From Candidatus Bathyarchaeota archaeon (lineage in GTDB: Archaea; Thermoproteota; Bathyarchaeia; Bathyarchaeales; Bathycorpusculaceae): 64,000 nucleotides of DNA. Numbering within the stretch: the first letter of the stretch is position 1; every line of letters starts with the position of its first letter. The notes beneath the pieces were generated by a model, which worked only from the letters and a program-made list of their open reading frames with translations, searched no databases and had not been told where the DNA came from. Positions 17,541-27,061 of this stretch are shown one piece after another. A program made the position numbers and the translations under genes. Where the stretch lies: the NCBI GenBank assembly GCA_963780185.1, contig CAWABA010000004.1, forward strand, positions 64,001 to 128,000. The letters run 5' to 3'.

Positions 17541-19346
17541 ATGACGAGAATCGCTGTCCTCAACCAAGACAAATGCAAAGTCAAAAAATGCAACCAAGTC
17601 TGCGTAAGCTTCTGCCCAATGGTTCGCAGCAGAGTAGAAGCCATAAGGATAGAAGGAAACAAAGCACTCATATCCGAGGCTCTTTGCAGCGGCTGCGGAA
17701 TCTGCGTCAAAAAATGCCCCTTCAAAGCCATCAGCATCGTCAACCTACCCGACGAGCTGGAGAAAGATTGCAGCCACCGCTTCAGCGAAAACAGCTTCAA
17801 ACTTTTCCGTCTACCCATGCCTTCACCTGGCACAGTGCTGGGTTTACTTGGACAAAACGGCATCGGCAAAACTACGGCGCTTAAGGTTTTTGCAGGCGAA
17901 ATCAAACCCAACTTCGGCAGGTTCATTGACCCGCCTGATTGGTCAGAGATTATTCAGCATTATCGGGGTTCCAGCCTTCAAGATTATTTTCAGAAAATGA
18001 GTGAGAAAAAGCTCAAGGTTAGCAGTAAACCGCAGTACGTTGATAAAATTCCGAAGGCGGTCGCTGGGAAAGTCGGCGATTTGCTGGAAAAGGTTGATGA
18101 GAGAAAACAGTTAAACGCGATTGCCGAAGAGCTTGAGCTAACAAAGGTGTGGGATAGACCGTTAGATGTGCTTAGCGGCGGGGAACTTCAGCGTGTTGCG
18201 GTTGCCGCTGCGCTTAGCCGTGAGGCGGATGTTTACCTTTTTGATGAGCCGTCAAGCTACTTGGATGTGAAGCAGAGGCTTGTGGTGGCGAGGGCGATAC
18301 GCAGCCTCAAGGAGCAGCAGAAAACAATCGTTGTAGCTGAACACGACTTAGCCATAATCGACTACCTCTCAGACCAAATCTGCCTCTTCTACGGTGAACC
18401 AGCCGTCTACGGAGTGGTTTCCCACACGCATGGCGTCCGAACAGGCATTAACATTTACTTGCAAGGTTACATCCCAGACGAAAACATAATGTTCCGTAAA
18501 GAAGCGATCGTTTTCCATGAGAAGCCGCCGACTGCAGGGTCAAACGTTGGGGAACCCATCTTAAAATGGGACAACATGGAGAAATCCTTCAATGAATTCA
18601 AACTTTTCATAGAACCTGGCGAAATCAGAGTCGGCGAAATCGTTGGCATTCTAGGTCCAAACGGCATCGGAAAAACCACGTTTGTAAAGATTCTTGCTGG
18701 CGTTGAGGAAACGGATGACAAACGGAAGCTTGGCGAGTTAACGGTAAGCTACAAACCCCAGTATATAGCACCCGACTACGCAGGCTCGGTTCAAGAACTG
18801 CTGATGAGTGTTGCTAAAGAGAACTTTACGTCAAGCTGGTACAAAACCGAGGTTGCTCAGCCTCTGAGGCTTCAGGTTTTGATGGATAAGAACGTGATGG
18901 AGCTCAGCGGTGGAGAGCTGCAAAAAGTCGCCATCGCCGCCTGCCTCAGCCGCAAAGCTGACCTGTTTCTGCTTGACGAGCCAAGCGCCTACTTAGATGT
19001 TGAAGAACGCTTAAACATGGCTAAGACACTTCGGCGGGTTGTTGAAGCACACGGCATCCCAGCCTTCGTGGTTGAGCATGACGTTGTAACCCAGGACTTC
19101 ATCGCCGACCGATTAATGGTCTTCAACGGTGAGCCTGGAATAAGCGGTACTGCTCATCCGCCCACAAGCCTGAGGAAAGGCATGAACACGTTTCTTAAAG
19201 AAATGGACATAACCTTCCGCAGAGACTCAATCACTTTCCGCCCCCGAGTAAACAAGGAAGATTCCCAGATGGATAAGTTCCAAAAAGGCATAGGCGAATA
19301 CTACTACACCAAAACAACCAAACCCGAAGCCCCACCCAAAAAGTAG
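17541..19346 (+). CDS. rli1: Ribosome recycling ATPase ABCE1/Rli1
   Basis: N-terminal 2x[4Fe-4S] Cys motifs and two ABC domains (GQNGIGKT/GPNGIGKT, LSGGELQ). Confidence 0.97.
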   Translation: MTRIAVLNQDKCKVKKCNQVCVSFCPMVRSRVEAIRIEGNKALISEALCSGCGICVKKCPFKAISIVNLPDELEKDCSHRFSENSFKLFRLPMPSPGTVLGLLGQNGIGKTTALKVFAGEIKPNFGRFIDPPDWSEIIQHYRGSSLQDYFQKMSEKKLKVSSKPQYVDKIPKAVAGKVGDLLEKVDERKQLNAIAEELELTKVWDRPLDVLSGGELQRVAVAAALSREADVYLFDEPSSYLDVKQRLVVARAIRSLKEQQKTIVVAEHDLAIIDYLSDQICLFYGEPAVYGVVSHTHGVRTGINIYLQGYIPDENIMFRKEAIVFHEKPPTAGSNVGEPILKWDNMEKSFNEFKLFIEPGEIRVGEIVGILGPNGIGKTTFVKILAGVEETDDKRKLGELTVSYKPQYIAPDYAGSVQELLMSVAKENFTSSWYKTEVAQPLRLQVLMDKNVMELSGGELQKVAIAACLSRKADLFLLDEPSAYLDVEERLNMAKTLRRVVEAHGIPAFVVEHDVVTQDFIADRLMVFNGEPGISGTAHPPTSLRKGMNTFLKEMDITFRRDSITFRPRVNKEDSQMDKFQKGIGEYYYTKTTKPEAPPKK

Positions 19347-19576
19347 CCAACGCCCCAATTTACTCGCCAATTAAAGCCAAAGTCTTCCTAAAGCGGGTAA
19401 CGCGTGAAATAGGGTTTATTTTACATTTTTAAGGCAAAAAGAACCATTTCCCAGCAGCAGCGCCCTGTCAAAAGCAAAGGTTTTCTTCTCTGGGTGCAGT
19501 TAACTTAAAAAACAAGCAGCAAATATACTAAGCACTCTACAGGGAGATAACAGGGAAAAAGTGGGGTAAGCAGCAA

Positions 19577-21202
19577 GTGGCTCAAGCAACCTTCGAAGAG
19601 ATTTCCGCCAGTGACTTTTTTTACAGAAACAGAGACATCGCTGGCTTCACCAACCCATCCAGAGCCATATTCGCAGCAATCCGAGAGCTAGTTGAAAACT
19701 CTTTAGATGCCGCGGAAAGCCAAAAAATCCCTCCTGAAATCTATGTGCGCCTCTCCTTTGAGGGAGAAGCCAGCAAAGACACCCAAATTTACAAGCTGCG
19801 CGTGGAAGATAACGGCAGCGGAATCCAGCCTCGCTTTATACCGTCGGCTTTTGGGCAAGTGCTTTTCGGCAGCAAGTACAAGCTCAAGCAGATGCGTGGG
19901 ACGTTCGGTTTAGGCGGCAAGATGGCTGTCCTCTACGGGCAAATCACTACACACCAGCCAGCGTTCGTTACTTCCAGCACGGGTCAAGCGAAAATTTACA
20001 GCTTCAAGTTGATGATTGATATTCAAAGGAACCGCCCGATAATTCTTGACCGCAAAGTCCTAATCAACAAGGATAACTGGCGTGGAACTATCGTTGAGTT
20101 CTCTTTGGAAGGCGACTACCTGAGGGCGATGCCTAAAATCCTCGATTACTTCAAACAAACAGCCATGGTCAACCCCTACGCCAACCTGACTTTTGTCGAC
20201 CCCAAAGGAAGGCTATACAAGTTTACCCGCGCAACCACCGAGATGCCGGAGCCCCCGAAAGAAACGTTGCCTCACCCCTACGGCGTAGACGTGGAGCTGT
20301 TGCAGCGTCTCATAACTATTACGCCTTACAATAACATGACTGATTTCTTGACGGGACACTTTCACCGTGTCGGCGCCATTACAGCGCTTAAATTCTTGAT
20401 CTTTAGCGATTTAATAACGTTCACATGCGCGGAGCATGGCAAAATTCCAAGTGTCCAGATAAAATTGGTTGACAACAAACCCGTCTGCCCCACTTGCGGC
20501 AAGGAAACGACGTCAACCACAAAGAACCCCAAACGCCTATCCCACGAAGAAATCGTGCGTCTAATGCAGAACCTCAAGAAATACAAGGAATTCCTGCCGC
20601 CTGACGCCAGCTGCCTTTCACCACTGGGCGAGGAGCTGCTGAAAGCAGGCGTTCAAAAAGAGCTAAACCCTGAGTACCTTGTCGTGGACCAACGCAAGCC
20701 ATCCACTTATGCGGGTCACCCCTTCATTGTTGAAATGGCCATAGCCTACGGCGGCGGAGTGCCAAAGAGAGGCAGCTTCGTGATTTACCGTTTCGCAAAC
20801 AAAATCCCCTTGTTGTACGATGAGGCAAGCGACGTTTCTTACCGTGTTATCTCAGCCATGAACTGGCGCCGCTACAAAGTCGCGCCGGATATGCCTATCG
20901 CCATCGTTATTCACATTTGCAGCACAAAAGTGCCCTACAAGACGGTTGGAAAAGAATTCATCGCTGACCGCCCTGAAGTCCGTCGTGAAGAAGCAAACGC
21001 GATCCGCGAGGTTGCCCGTCAACTGCAACATTTCCTTTCACGTCAAGAGCACGTGCACATGGAGAAGAAGCGGCTGGGAATCTTCAGCAAATACCTGCCT
21101 AAAATCGCCCAGTTCTCAGCAACTTTAGCTGGGCAAGAACGTGTTCCTGACATAGATAAATTGTTAAAGAGTGTACAGAAGTATGGCGCAGAAGAAAGCT
21201 AA
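19577..21202 (+). CDS. top6B: DNA topoisomerase VI subunit B
   Basis: GHKL motifs ELVENSLDA, DNGSG, RGTFGLG; RFANKIPLL; KVPYKTVGKE. Confidence 0.96.
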   Translation: MAQATFEEISASDFFYRNRDIAGFTNPSRAIFAAIRELVENSLDAAESQKIPPEIYVRLSFEGEASKDTQIYKLRVEDNGSGIQPRFIPSAFGQVLFGSKYKLKQMRGTFGLGGKMAVLYGQITTHQPAFVTSSTGQAKIYSFKLMIDIQRNRPIILDRKVLINKDNWRGTIVEFSLEGDYLRAMPKILDYFKQTAMVNPYANLTFVDPKGRLYKFTRATTEMPEPPKETLPHPYGVDVELLQRLITITPYNNMTDFLTGHFHRVGAITALKFLIFSDLITFTCAEHGKIPSVQIKLVDNKPVCPTCGKETTSTTKNPKRLSHEEIVRLMQNLKKYKEFLPPDASCLSPLGEELLKAGVQKELNPEYLVVDQRKPSTYAGHPFIVEMAIAYGGGVPKRGSFVIYRFANKIPLLYDEASDVSYRVISAMNWRRYKVAPDMPIAIVIHICSTKVPYKTVGKEFIADRPEVRREEANAIREVARQLQHFLSRQEHVHMEKKRLGIFSKYLPKIAQFSATLAGQERVPDIDKLLKSVQKYGAEES

Positions 21203-22283
21203 GATTATTGAGAGAAGAAACGAAGTTCTTGCCGGTTTACAAAAGTTCGGTGCTAAAATGTACAGTCAGTTGGATCAAGGTGTTTTTCCAACCATTGACA
21301 TGCCTAGCCGCGGAACCGACAACATCATGTATGATGCGGCTCTTCGTCAATACATCCTTGGCGAAAGAAACGTCAGTCGAAGCGCCCGAAACATACGCCA
21401 CATTAAACCGTTCACTCAGCTGGCGTGGGCAGCCATGTTCAGCAACGAACTTACCAGCCAACGCAAAACCAGCACCCTAAGAGACGTCTACTACTCCGCG
21501 CAGGCTTACGAGATGACATTCACGGACCAGCAGGAATCCAACAACATCATCACCGACCTGGAAACCTTAACTGGTTTTGCCCGAGAAGACTTTCATATTT
21601 TCCCTGAAGAACGCAGCGCCATCTTCGGCGACTTAGACATTGGCTACACAGTACCCGGCTACGAAGGAAAAACCCTGAATTTAACCAGCCACCCCGACGG
21701 CGTCTTGATTGGCCCCGCTTTGACTTCATCCGAACTGATCCACACGAGAGCCGACAAGGTAATCGCCATCGAAAAAGGCGCCCTTTTCACAAGATTCATC
21801 GAAGAAAACGTACACAACAAGCACCATGCTCTGTTGATTTCGTGCGGTGGACAAGCGCCAAGGCAAACCCGAAGCTTCATTCGGCGACTCCACGACGAAC
21901 TTAACCTGCCAGTCTACATCCTAACCGACGGCGACCCATGGGGAATGCACATTGCACAAGTCATCATTTCAGGTTCAGCCAACGCTGCCCACTTAAGAGA
22001 GCTTAACACTCCTGACGCGGTTTGGAGCGGAGTTTGGGCAAGCGACATAGTTGAATACAAGCTGCCGACTGACCCGCTGGATGAAGTAGACATAAAACGC
22101 CTGTACGAGCTACAGAAAGACCCCAGATACCAGAATGACCCTCTTTGGCAGAGAGAAATCAAGCTTTTCCTAAAAATAAAGCGCAAGGCAGAGCAAGAGG
22201 CTTTCAGCCGCTACGGATTGACCTACATAGTTGACGAGTATTTACCGACGAAGCTTGAAGCCAAAAGTGAAAAGAAAAAATAG
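21183..22283 (+). CDS. top6A: DNA topoisomerase VI subunit A
   Basis: STLRDVYY, IAIEK, TDGDPWG, KAEQEA. Confidence 0.96.
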   Translation: MAQKKAKIIERRNEVLAGLQKFGAKMYSQLDQGVFPTIDMPSRGTDNIMYDAALRQYILGERNVSRSARNIRHIKPFTQLAWAAMFSNELTSQRKTSTLRDVYYSAQAYEMTFTDQQESNNIITDLETLTGFAREDFHIFPEERSAIFGDLDIGYTVPGYEGKTLNLTSHPDGVLIGPALTSSELIHTRADKVIAIEKGALFTRFIEENVHNKHHALLISCGGQAPRQTRSFIRRLHDELNLPVYILTDGDPWGMHIAQVIISGSANAAHLRELNTPDAVWSGVWASDIVEYKLPTDPLDEVDIKRLYELQKDPRYQNDPLWQREIKLFLKIKRKAEQEAFSRYGLTYIVDEYLPTKLEAKSEKKK

Positions 22284-22460
22284 GTAGGCAACTAAGAAAC
22301 CCTCTTTTTTGGTTTTCGCCTTTCTATCGAGTTTACATCATTAGCGCTTCCATTAAGTCGCCTGTTGAGGGAGACGAAATGGGTGGGAAGAACAAATAAT
22401 TTAAAATACCCCTCTTGTTTAATGTAGCCATTAACACGGAGAAGTAGGGCGCAAACAACT

Positions 22461-22664
22461 ATGAGTGAACAAGGCGACACATTCTGGGTATCGCTTGCCG
22501 AAAAATTCTTCGGCTTGATAGTAATAGTAATCGGCGGAGTACTGCTCTACTTGACAGCTACAAGCACCAGCCAACTTGGGCAGTTCAGCCTGTTTTTCGG
22601 GGTAATAAGCGCAATTTTGCTTGCCATCGGCTTGTTTATGCTGCTTGTTAGACCTTCAGAATAG
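22461..22664 (+). CDS. Small 2-TM membrane protein
   Basis: Two hydrophobic segments in 67 aa. Confidence 0.7.
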   Translation: MSEQGDTFWVSLAEKFFGLIVIVIGGVLLYLTATSTSQLGQFSLFFGVISAILLAIGLFMLLVRPSE

Positions 22665-22807
22665 CATATTTCACCATTATTTCTTCAGTTAAAACTCCAC
22701 GTGCGGGCAAATCTAAGCTTGACGGCTTTTGCTTCAGTTTCCAGCATTCATTTATAAACTATAAAAACATTAAACTCATGGATAATTTGTAACGGAAGCG
22801 AAAAACA

Positions 22808-24595
22808 ATGCCCACACGCCAACCCATTGTATGTGTCTTAGGACACGTAGACGCAGGCAAAACCTCACTTCTTGACGAACTACGAAAAACCAGCGTGCAA
22901 GCCCGAGAAGCCGGAGGAATGACCCAGCACATCGGCGCAAGCTTCTTCCCCGTTGAAACACTCAAACAGCTCATCGGGCCGCTGCTGTCTAACTTCAAAA
23001 GTGGCATTGAGATTCCGGGGTTGCTGATTGTTGATACGCCTGGGCATGAAGCTTTCACGAATCTGAGGCGTAGAGGCGGAAGCGTAGCCGACATCGCCAT
23101 CTTAGTTGTTGATGTTTTGCGGGGTTTTGAGGCGCAAACCTACGAATGTATAGAAATCCTAAAGGCACGTAAAACACCGTTCCTCGTAGCCGTCAACAAG
23201 ATTGACCGTGTTCCCGGTTGGAAGCCGCAGCAGTCGATGCCTTTTTTGCAGTCCTACGCGTCCCAATCGAGCTTTGTTCGTGAGGAATTGGATAACCGTC
23301 TGTACAATATTATGGGTTTGTTTAGTCGGCAAGGTTTCAAAACCGACCGCTTTGACCACATCCGAGACTTCACAGTAAACGTGGCTTTGGTGCCGACCAG
23401 CGCCAAAACAGGCGAAGGCCTATCCGAGCTAGTTATGGTTCTGGTTGGGTTAAGCCAGCAGTTCCTTAAGAAACGGTTGCAGACCACTGAAGGCGCAGCT
23501 AAAGGCTCCGTTCTCGAAGTAAAAGAGGAACCAGGCTTAGGCTTAACGCTAAACACGATTATTTACGACGGCACCCTGCATAGAGATGACTTGATCGTTG
23601 TCGGCGGACGCAACGGACCGATTTCTGCTCGCGTACGGGCGATTTTGGTGCCGAAACCACTGGATGAAATGAGGGATCCCCGAGACAAATTCACGCCAGT
23701 AGAATGCGTTTTTGCCAGCGCAGGAGTAAAAATTGTTGCACCCGATTTGGATGGAGCTTTGGCTGGTGCGCCCCTGTTTGCAGTGCCCACAGGCGAAGAC
23801 CCTGCAAAGTACGCTAAACTTATCACTGAAGAAATAGGCAGAATCCGAATTGCCAAAGAGATTGAAGGCGTCATCGTTAAAGCTGACACGCTGGGTTCAT
23901 TGGAGGCAATGGCTGAGATTTTGAAGGCAAACAACGTGCAAGTGCGTATTGCCGACGTCGGCGACATCAGCAAACGTGACGTAATCGAAGCATCAGTAGT
24001 GAAGACCCGTGAGCCACTGGTGGGCGCAATCTTGGCTTTTGGCGTAAAAACCTTACCTGACGCCGCGGAAGAAGCAGCAGCTAACGGCGTCCCAATCTTC
24101 AACCAACCCATCATCTACAACCTCATAGACGCGTATCTGCAGTGGGCTAAAAACAAACGTGAAACGAAGAGTGAAGCTGAATTTGAAGCGTTGGTTAAGC
24201 CGGGCAAAGTTACGGTTTTGCCTAACTGCATTTTCCACAGGGCCAAACCATTGGTCGTGGGTGTGGAAGTGCTGGCTGGACGGTTAAAGCCGAAGTATGG
24301 GCTTATGCGCAAAGAAGACGGAAGCGACCTAGGCGAGGTTGACCAGATTCAGGACCAAGGCAAAGCAGTAGCCGAAGCTAAGGTAGGAATGCAGGTGGCG
24401 ATTTCAATGGACAAACCCATTGCAGGCAGGCACGTTTTCGAAAAAGACGTGTTATACGTGAAGGTGCCCGAGAAAGACGCACAGGCGCTGTTGACGACGC
24501 ATGCCGATGATTTGACGGCTGACGAGCAAGAACTGCTCAAAGAATACGTCAATTTGATGCGCAAAAAGATTCCCTTCTGGGCAGGCGTCATGTAA
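22808..24595 (+). CDS. infB: Translation initiation factor aIF5B (IF-2)
   Basis: RQPIVCVLGHVDAGKT, TQHIGA, DTPGHEAF, NKID, KADTLGSLEA. Confidence 0.97.
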   Translation: MPTRQPIVCVLGHVDAGKTSLLDELRKTSVQAREAGGMTQHIGASFFPVETLKQLIGPLLSNFKSGIEIPGLLIVDTPGHEAFTNLRRRGGSVADIAILVVDVLRGFEAQTYECIEILKARKTPFLVAVNKIDRVPGWKPQQSMPFLQSYASQSSFVREELDNRLYNIMGLFSRQGFKTDRFDHIRDFTVNVALVPTSAKTGEGLSELVMVLVGLSQQFLKKRLQTTEGAAKGSVLEVKEEPGLGLTLNTIIYDGTLHRDDLIVVGGRNGPISARVRAILVPKPLDEMRDPRDKFTPVECVFASAGVKIVAPDLDGALAGAPLFAVPTGEDPAKYAKLITEEIGRIRIAKEIEGVIVKADTLGSLEAMAEILKANNVQVRIADVGDISKRDVIEASVVKTREPLVGAILAFGVKTLPDAAEEAAANGVPIFNQPIIYNLIDAYLQWAKNKRETKSEAEFEALVKPGKVTVLPNCIFHRAKPLVVGVEVLAGRLKPKYGLMRKEDGSDLGEVDQIQDQGKAVAEAKVGMQVAISMDKPIAGRHVFEKDVLYVKVPEKDAQALLTTHADDLTADEQELLKEYVNLMRKKIPFWAGVM

Positions 24596-24635
24596 AGGCG
24601 AACCGTTCTTGATTTAGCTTTGAAAAGGTATTCAG

Positions 24636-25154
24636 TTATTTTTTGAAGAATTTTTTGAGCACCAAGTCTAGATTGAAGAGGTAGTCTTCTTCTGGTCTAA
24701 GGTACGTTTGAACCAGCAACAAAGCCCGTTCTCTGATTTGGTCTTCTGAAACCTGTCCCTTGTTGATGCAGGTTTCTATGTCTTGCATATCTCTCGCGTT
24801 TAGTCTGCCAATTTTTGTTACGATTATGTCGAGCGGTTGAAGGGCTCTGAGCGATATGCGGCTAAAATCTTTTATTTTGATGCTCCGTTCCAAGTAATCG
24901 CTCGGTAGTGTCTGGCAGAAAATACGTCCATCTATCCATCGGTCGACTTTGTAGCCGGGTGGATTGTTTTTCAGAGCTAGCTCAAAGTATATCATGTCGC
25001 TGCTTGGAATTGTGAAGTCAATATCCAATGTAGAGGGCTTTAGGTCAAGCAGAGTCATTGCTGTCCCGCCTACAGCAACAAGAGTGATCTTCTTGGTCAG
25101 GTCCTCGTCTAACACGCTTAGAAAATCGAAGAGCGCAGTTTTGTCACAGGGCAT
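24636..25154 (-). CDS. DUF6036/AbiEii-like nucleotidyltransferase
   Basis: VAVGGTAM...STLDIDF...TKIGR...RDMQDI. Confidence 0.75.
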   Translation of the reverse strand: MPCDKTALFDFLSVLDEDLTKKITLVAVGGTAMTLLDLKPSTLDIDFTIPSSDMIYFELALKNNPPGYKVDRWIDGRIFCQTLPSDYLERSIKIKDFSRISLRALQPLDIIVTKIGRLNARDMQDIETCINKGQVSEDQIRERALLLVQTYLRPEEDYLFNLDLVLKKFFKK

Positions 25155-26196
25155 TGTATAGCTCCAACTTTTGTCTTATGCTTGATTCATCTGCAGGAAG
25201 TTCTTTTTGATCAATAGCCTCTAAAAACTTGATGGTTCTGTCAATTTCTGGTTTTGAAATGGTTTGCCTTAATATTTTTAGTATCCCGAGCAATCTTGAC
25301 GACGTCAGGTACTTTTGGCTCAAGAAAAACAGGAGGTTGCTGTTGAAATTGTTTTTTGCAAGAATAACTGCTGCGGCGTCTATTCCTCGTGCCTCTTCTC
25401 TGAGAAGCAAAGAGACAGTAATGTATTCAACACAGATTTTTCTTCCTTGAGCAAAAATGGCGCCGAACTCGCTGTACCCAAATCTATTGAGATTAAACGT
25501 CAAGTCTGAATCAGAGATGTTAAGGAGTTTTGTTTCCGAGCTAATAGTTCGAATTTGGTTTTTTTGAGCGATTTCCTTAATCTCGCTCCAGAATGCTTGA
25601 GGATTATAGAGAGCAATTTGTTTGCTTAAAGCTTCTCTAACTGGATTAATTTCATCCGACGTTAATAGATCATAAAAATCGCGCTTGTCAAGAATTAAGT
25701 TGTTGATTTTGAGGTTATTTTTCTTCTGCAGGTTTTGCATTTCTTTACAGAGCGCAATGGTCTGTTTTGGAAAATCAGTTGTTTCGCGAAGCAGAAAGAG
25801 CAATTCAATTCGGTTAGCTTTTATGTTCCTTAATGGATTGAATGCAATAATTGATTTTACGGAGCCCCTTTCAGTCAAGAATTTATCCATTTCAATAAAG
25901 AAGGAGTAAAGGTTGGTTCTCTTGGACAGAAACTCCAATTTCTTTTCTATTTCCATTTCGGCTAACGTGTCGATTAGAAGGTAATTTTGAAAATCCAGGC
26001 TAATGCTCGAGGACCTGCCTATCGGCTCTATATCGAGTAAGCCTTCGCTTTTCAGTTTCTGCAATTTTTTATAAATATTTGCGTAATAGGCTGATCCGTA
26101 GTTGTCCTTGATTTTTTCAGTGAGTTGGTTGATTGATAAAGAATCACCTATGCTCGATGATATTGTTTCTAAGATTCGAAGTGTAGGTGTATCCAT
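25144..26196 (-). CDS. wHTH + degenerate nucleotidyltransferase-fold protein (putative antitoxin/regulator)
   Basis: SINQLTEKI...YANIYKKLQKLKSEGLL wHTH; central RIELLFLL; overlaps the DUF6036 gene. Confidence 0.6.
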   Translation of the reverse strand: MDTPTLRILETISSSIGDSLSINQLTEKIKDNYGSAYYANIYKKLQKLKSEGLLDIEPIGRSSSISLDFQNYLLIDTLAEMEIEKKLEFLSKRTNLYSFFIEMDKFLTERGSVKSIIAFNPLRNIKANRIELLFLLRETTDFPKQTIALCKEMQNLQKKNNLKINNLILDKRDFYDLLTSDEINPVREALSKQIALYNPQAFWSEIKEIAQKNQIRTISSETKLLNISDSDLTFNLNRFGYSEFGAIFAQGRKICVEYITVSLLLREEARGIDAAAVILAKNNFNSNLLFFLSQKYLTSSRLLGILKILRQTISKPEIDRTIKFLEAIDQKELPADESSIRQKLELYNAL

Positions 26197-26220
26197 TCTA
26201 ATGTTTTCTTCCCACCGCCA

Positions 26221-26256
26221 TTATAGCAAATTCAATATATATTAAATTTACTATAA
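26221..26256. promoter_or_regulatory. 36-bp imperfect palindrome over the promoter of the 25144-26196 gene
   Basis: TTATAGCAAATTCAATAT|ATATTAAATTTACTATAA, 2 mismatched pairs. Confidence 0.65.
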
Positions 26257-26338
26257 CATCATAGCATTTTTACTATAATTTAAGCCAAAATTGGTTTAAG
26301 AGACGTCGGGTGAGATATTAAATTAACCAATGATGCGG

Positions 26339-26935
26339 CTAAGGCTTCTTTTTATAGCACATCGTTAGCATGCCGTCGATGCAGAAAGGCGACAGCTCCC
26401 CCTCCGAATCCTGCCTAATACACAGCGGCTTCATATCGCATTTCGGGCACACCGCACTTCTAAGCTGAGCCCCCGTGGTTGCCAGGAGACTTTTTTCTTT
26501 AAGCGTCTCGTAAGCGAACTTTAGGTATTTGCCTTCAGCTATGCGCGGCACGTCATATTTGGCTGCTTCGACGCCTGCGTCAAGCGCGAAGTACTCGTAG
26601 AGCCTTCTTGCACCCTTCGACGAGTTGCAGCTTTTACAGATCCAAACAAGATTCTTCTCAACATTAGGACCATGATACTTCTGCGGCAACAAATGCTCCA
26701 AAGTCAAATTTGCAGTCGCACCACAGAAACCGCACAAGTTCCCCGTTTGCCGTTCTTTGATGTACTCGCGGATTTCGTTCCAGCTAATGTCACCCGCCTT
26801 GAGCTCTTTGAACTTATTCATGATAAAACCGTAATCTTTCTTTCCCATGCCAGCAGAGTCAGCGATAATTTTCGCGTACTGCCAATAAATCAAGTCCCTA
26901 ACAGTTTTAACCACAGCTGGAGGCATAATGCTCAC
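26339..26935 (-). CDS. HNH endonuclease with an additional Cys-rich C-terminus
   Basis: CGFCG...LTLEHLLP...NLVWICKSCNSSKG; CPKC..PLC...C. Confidence 0.85.
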   Translation of the reverse strand: MSIMPPAVVKTVRDLIYWQYAKIIADSAGMGKKDYGFIMNKFKELKAGDISWNEIREYIKERQTGNLCGFCGATANLTLEHLLPQKYHGPNVEKNLVWICKSCNSSKGARRLYEYFALDAGVEAAKYDVPRIAEGKYLKFAYETLKEKSLLATTGAQLRSAVCPKCDMKPLCIRQDSEGELSPFCIDGMLTMCYKKKP

Positions 26936-27061
26936 CTGTAAGTTCTATGAAAGATAACTTTGTTATTAGAGCAGGTTTACTTTTTAGGGTTTACTGAAAT
27001 CCAACCTTTTTCTTTGCAAAAGACCGCTTAACTGAATGTTAGAAAGGGTCATTGATTTTTG

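Noticed and set aside
20410-20525. Intein in top6B
   Set aside because: Too short and lacks C/S...HN splicing motifs
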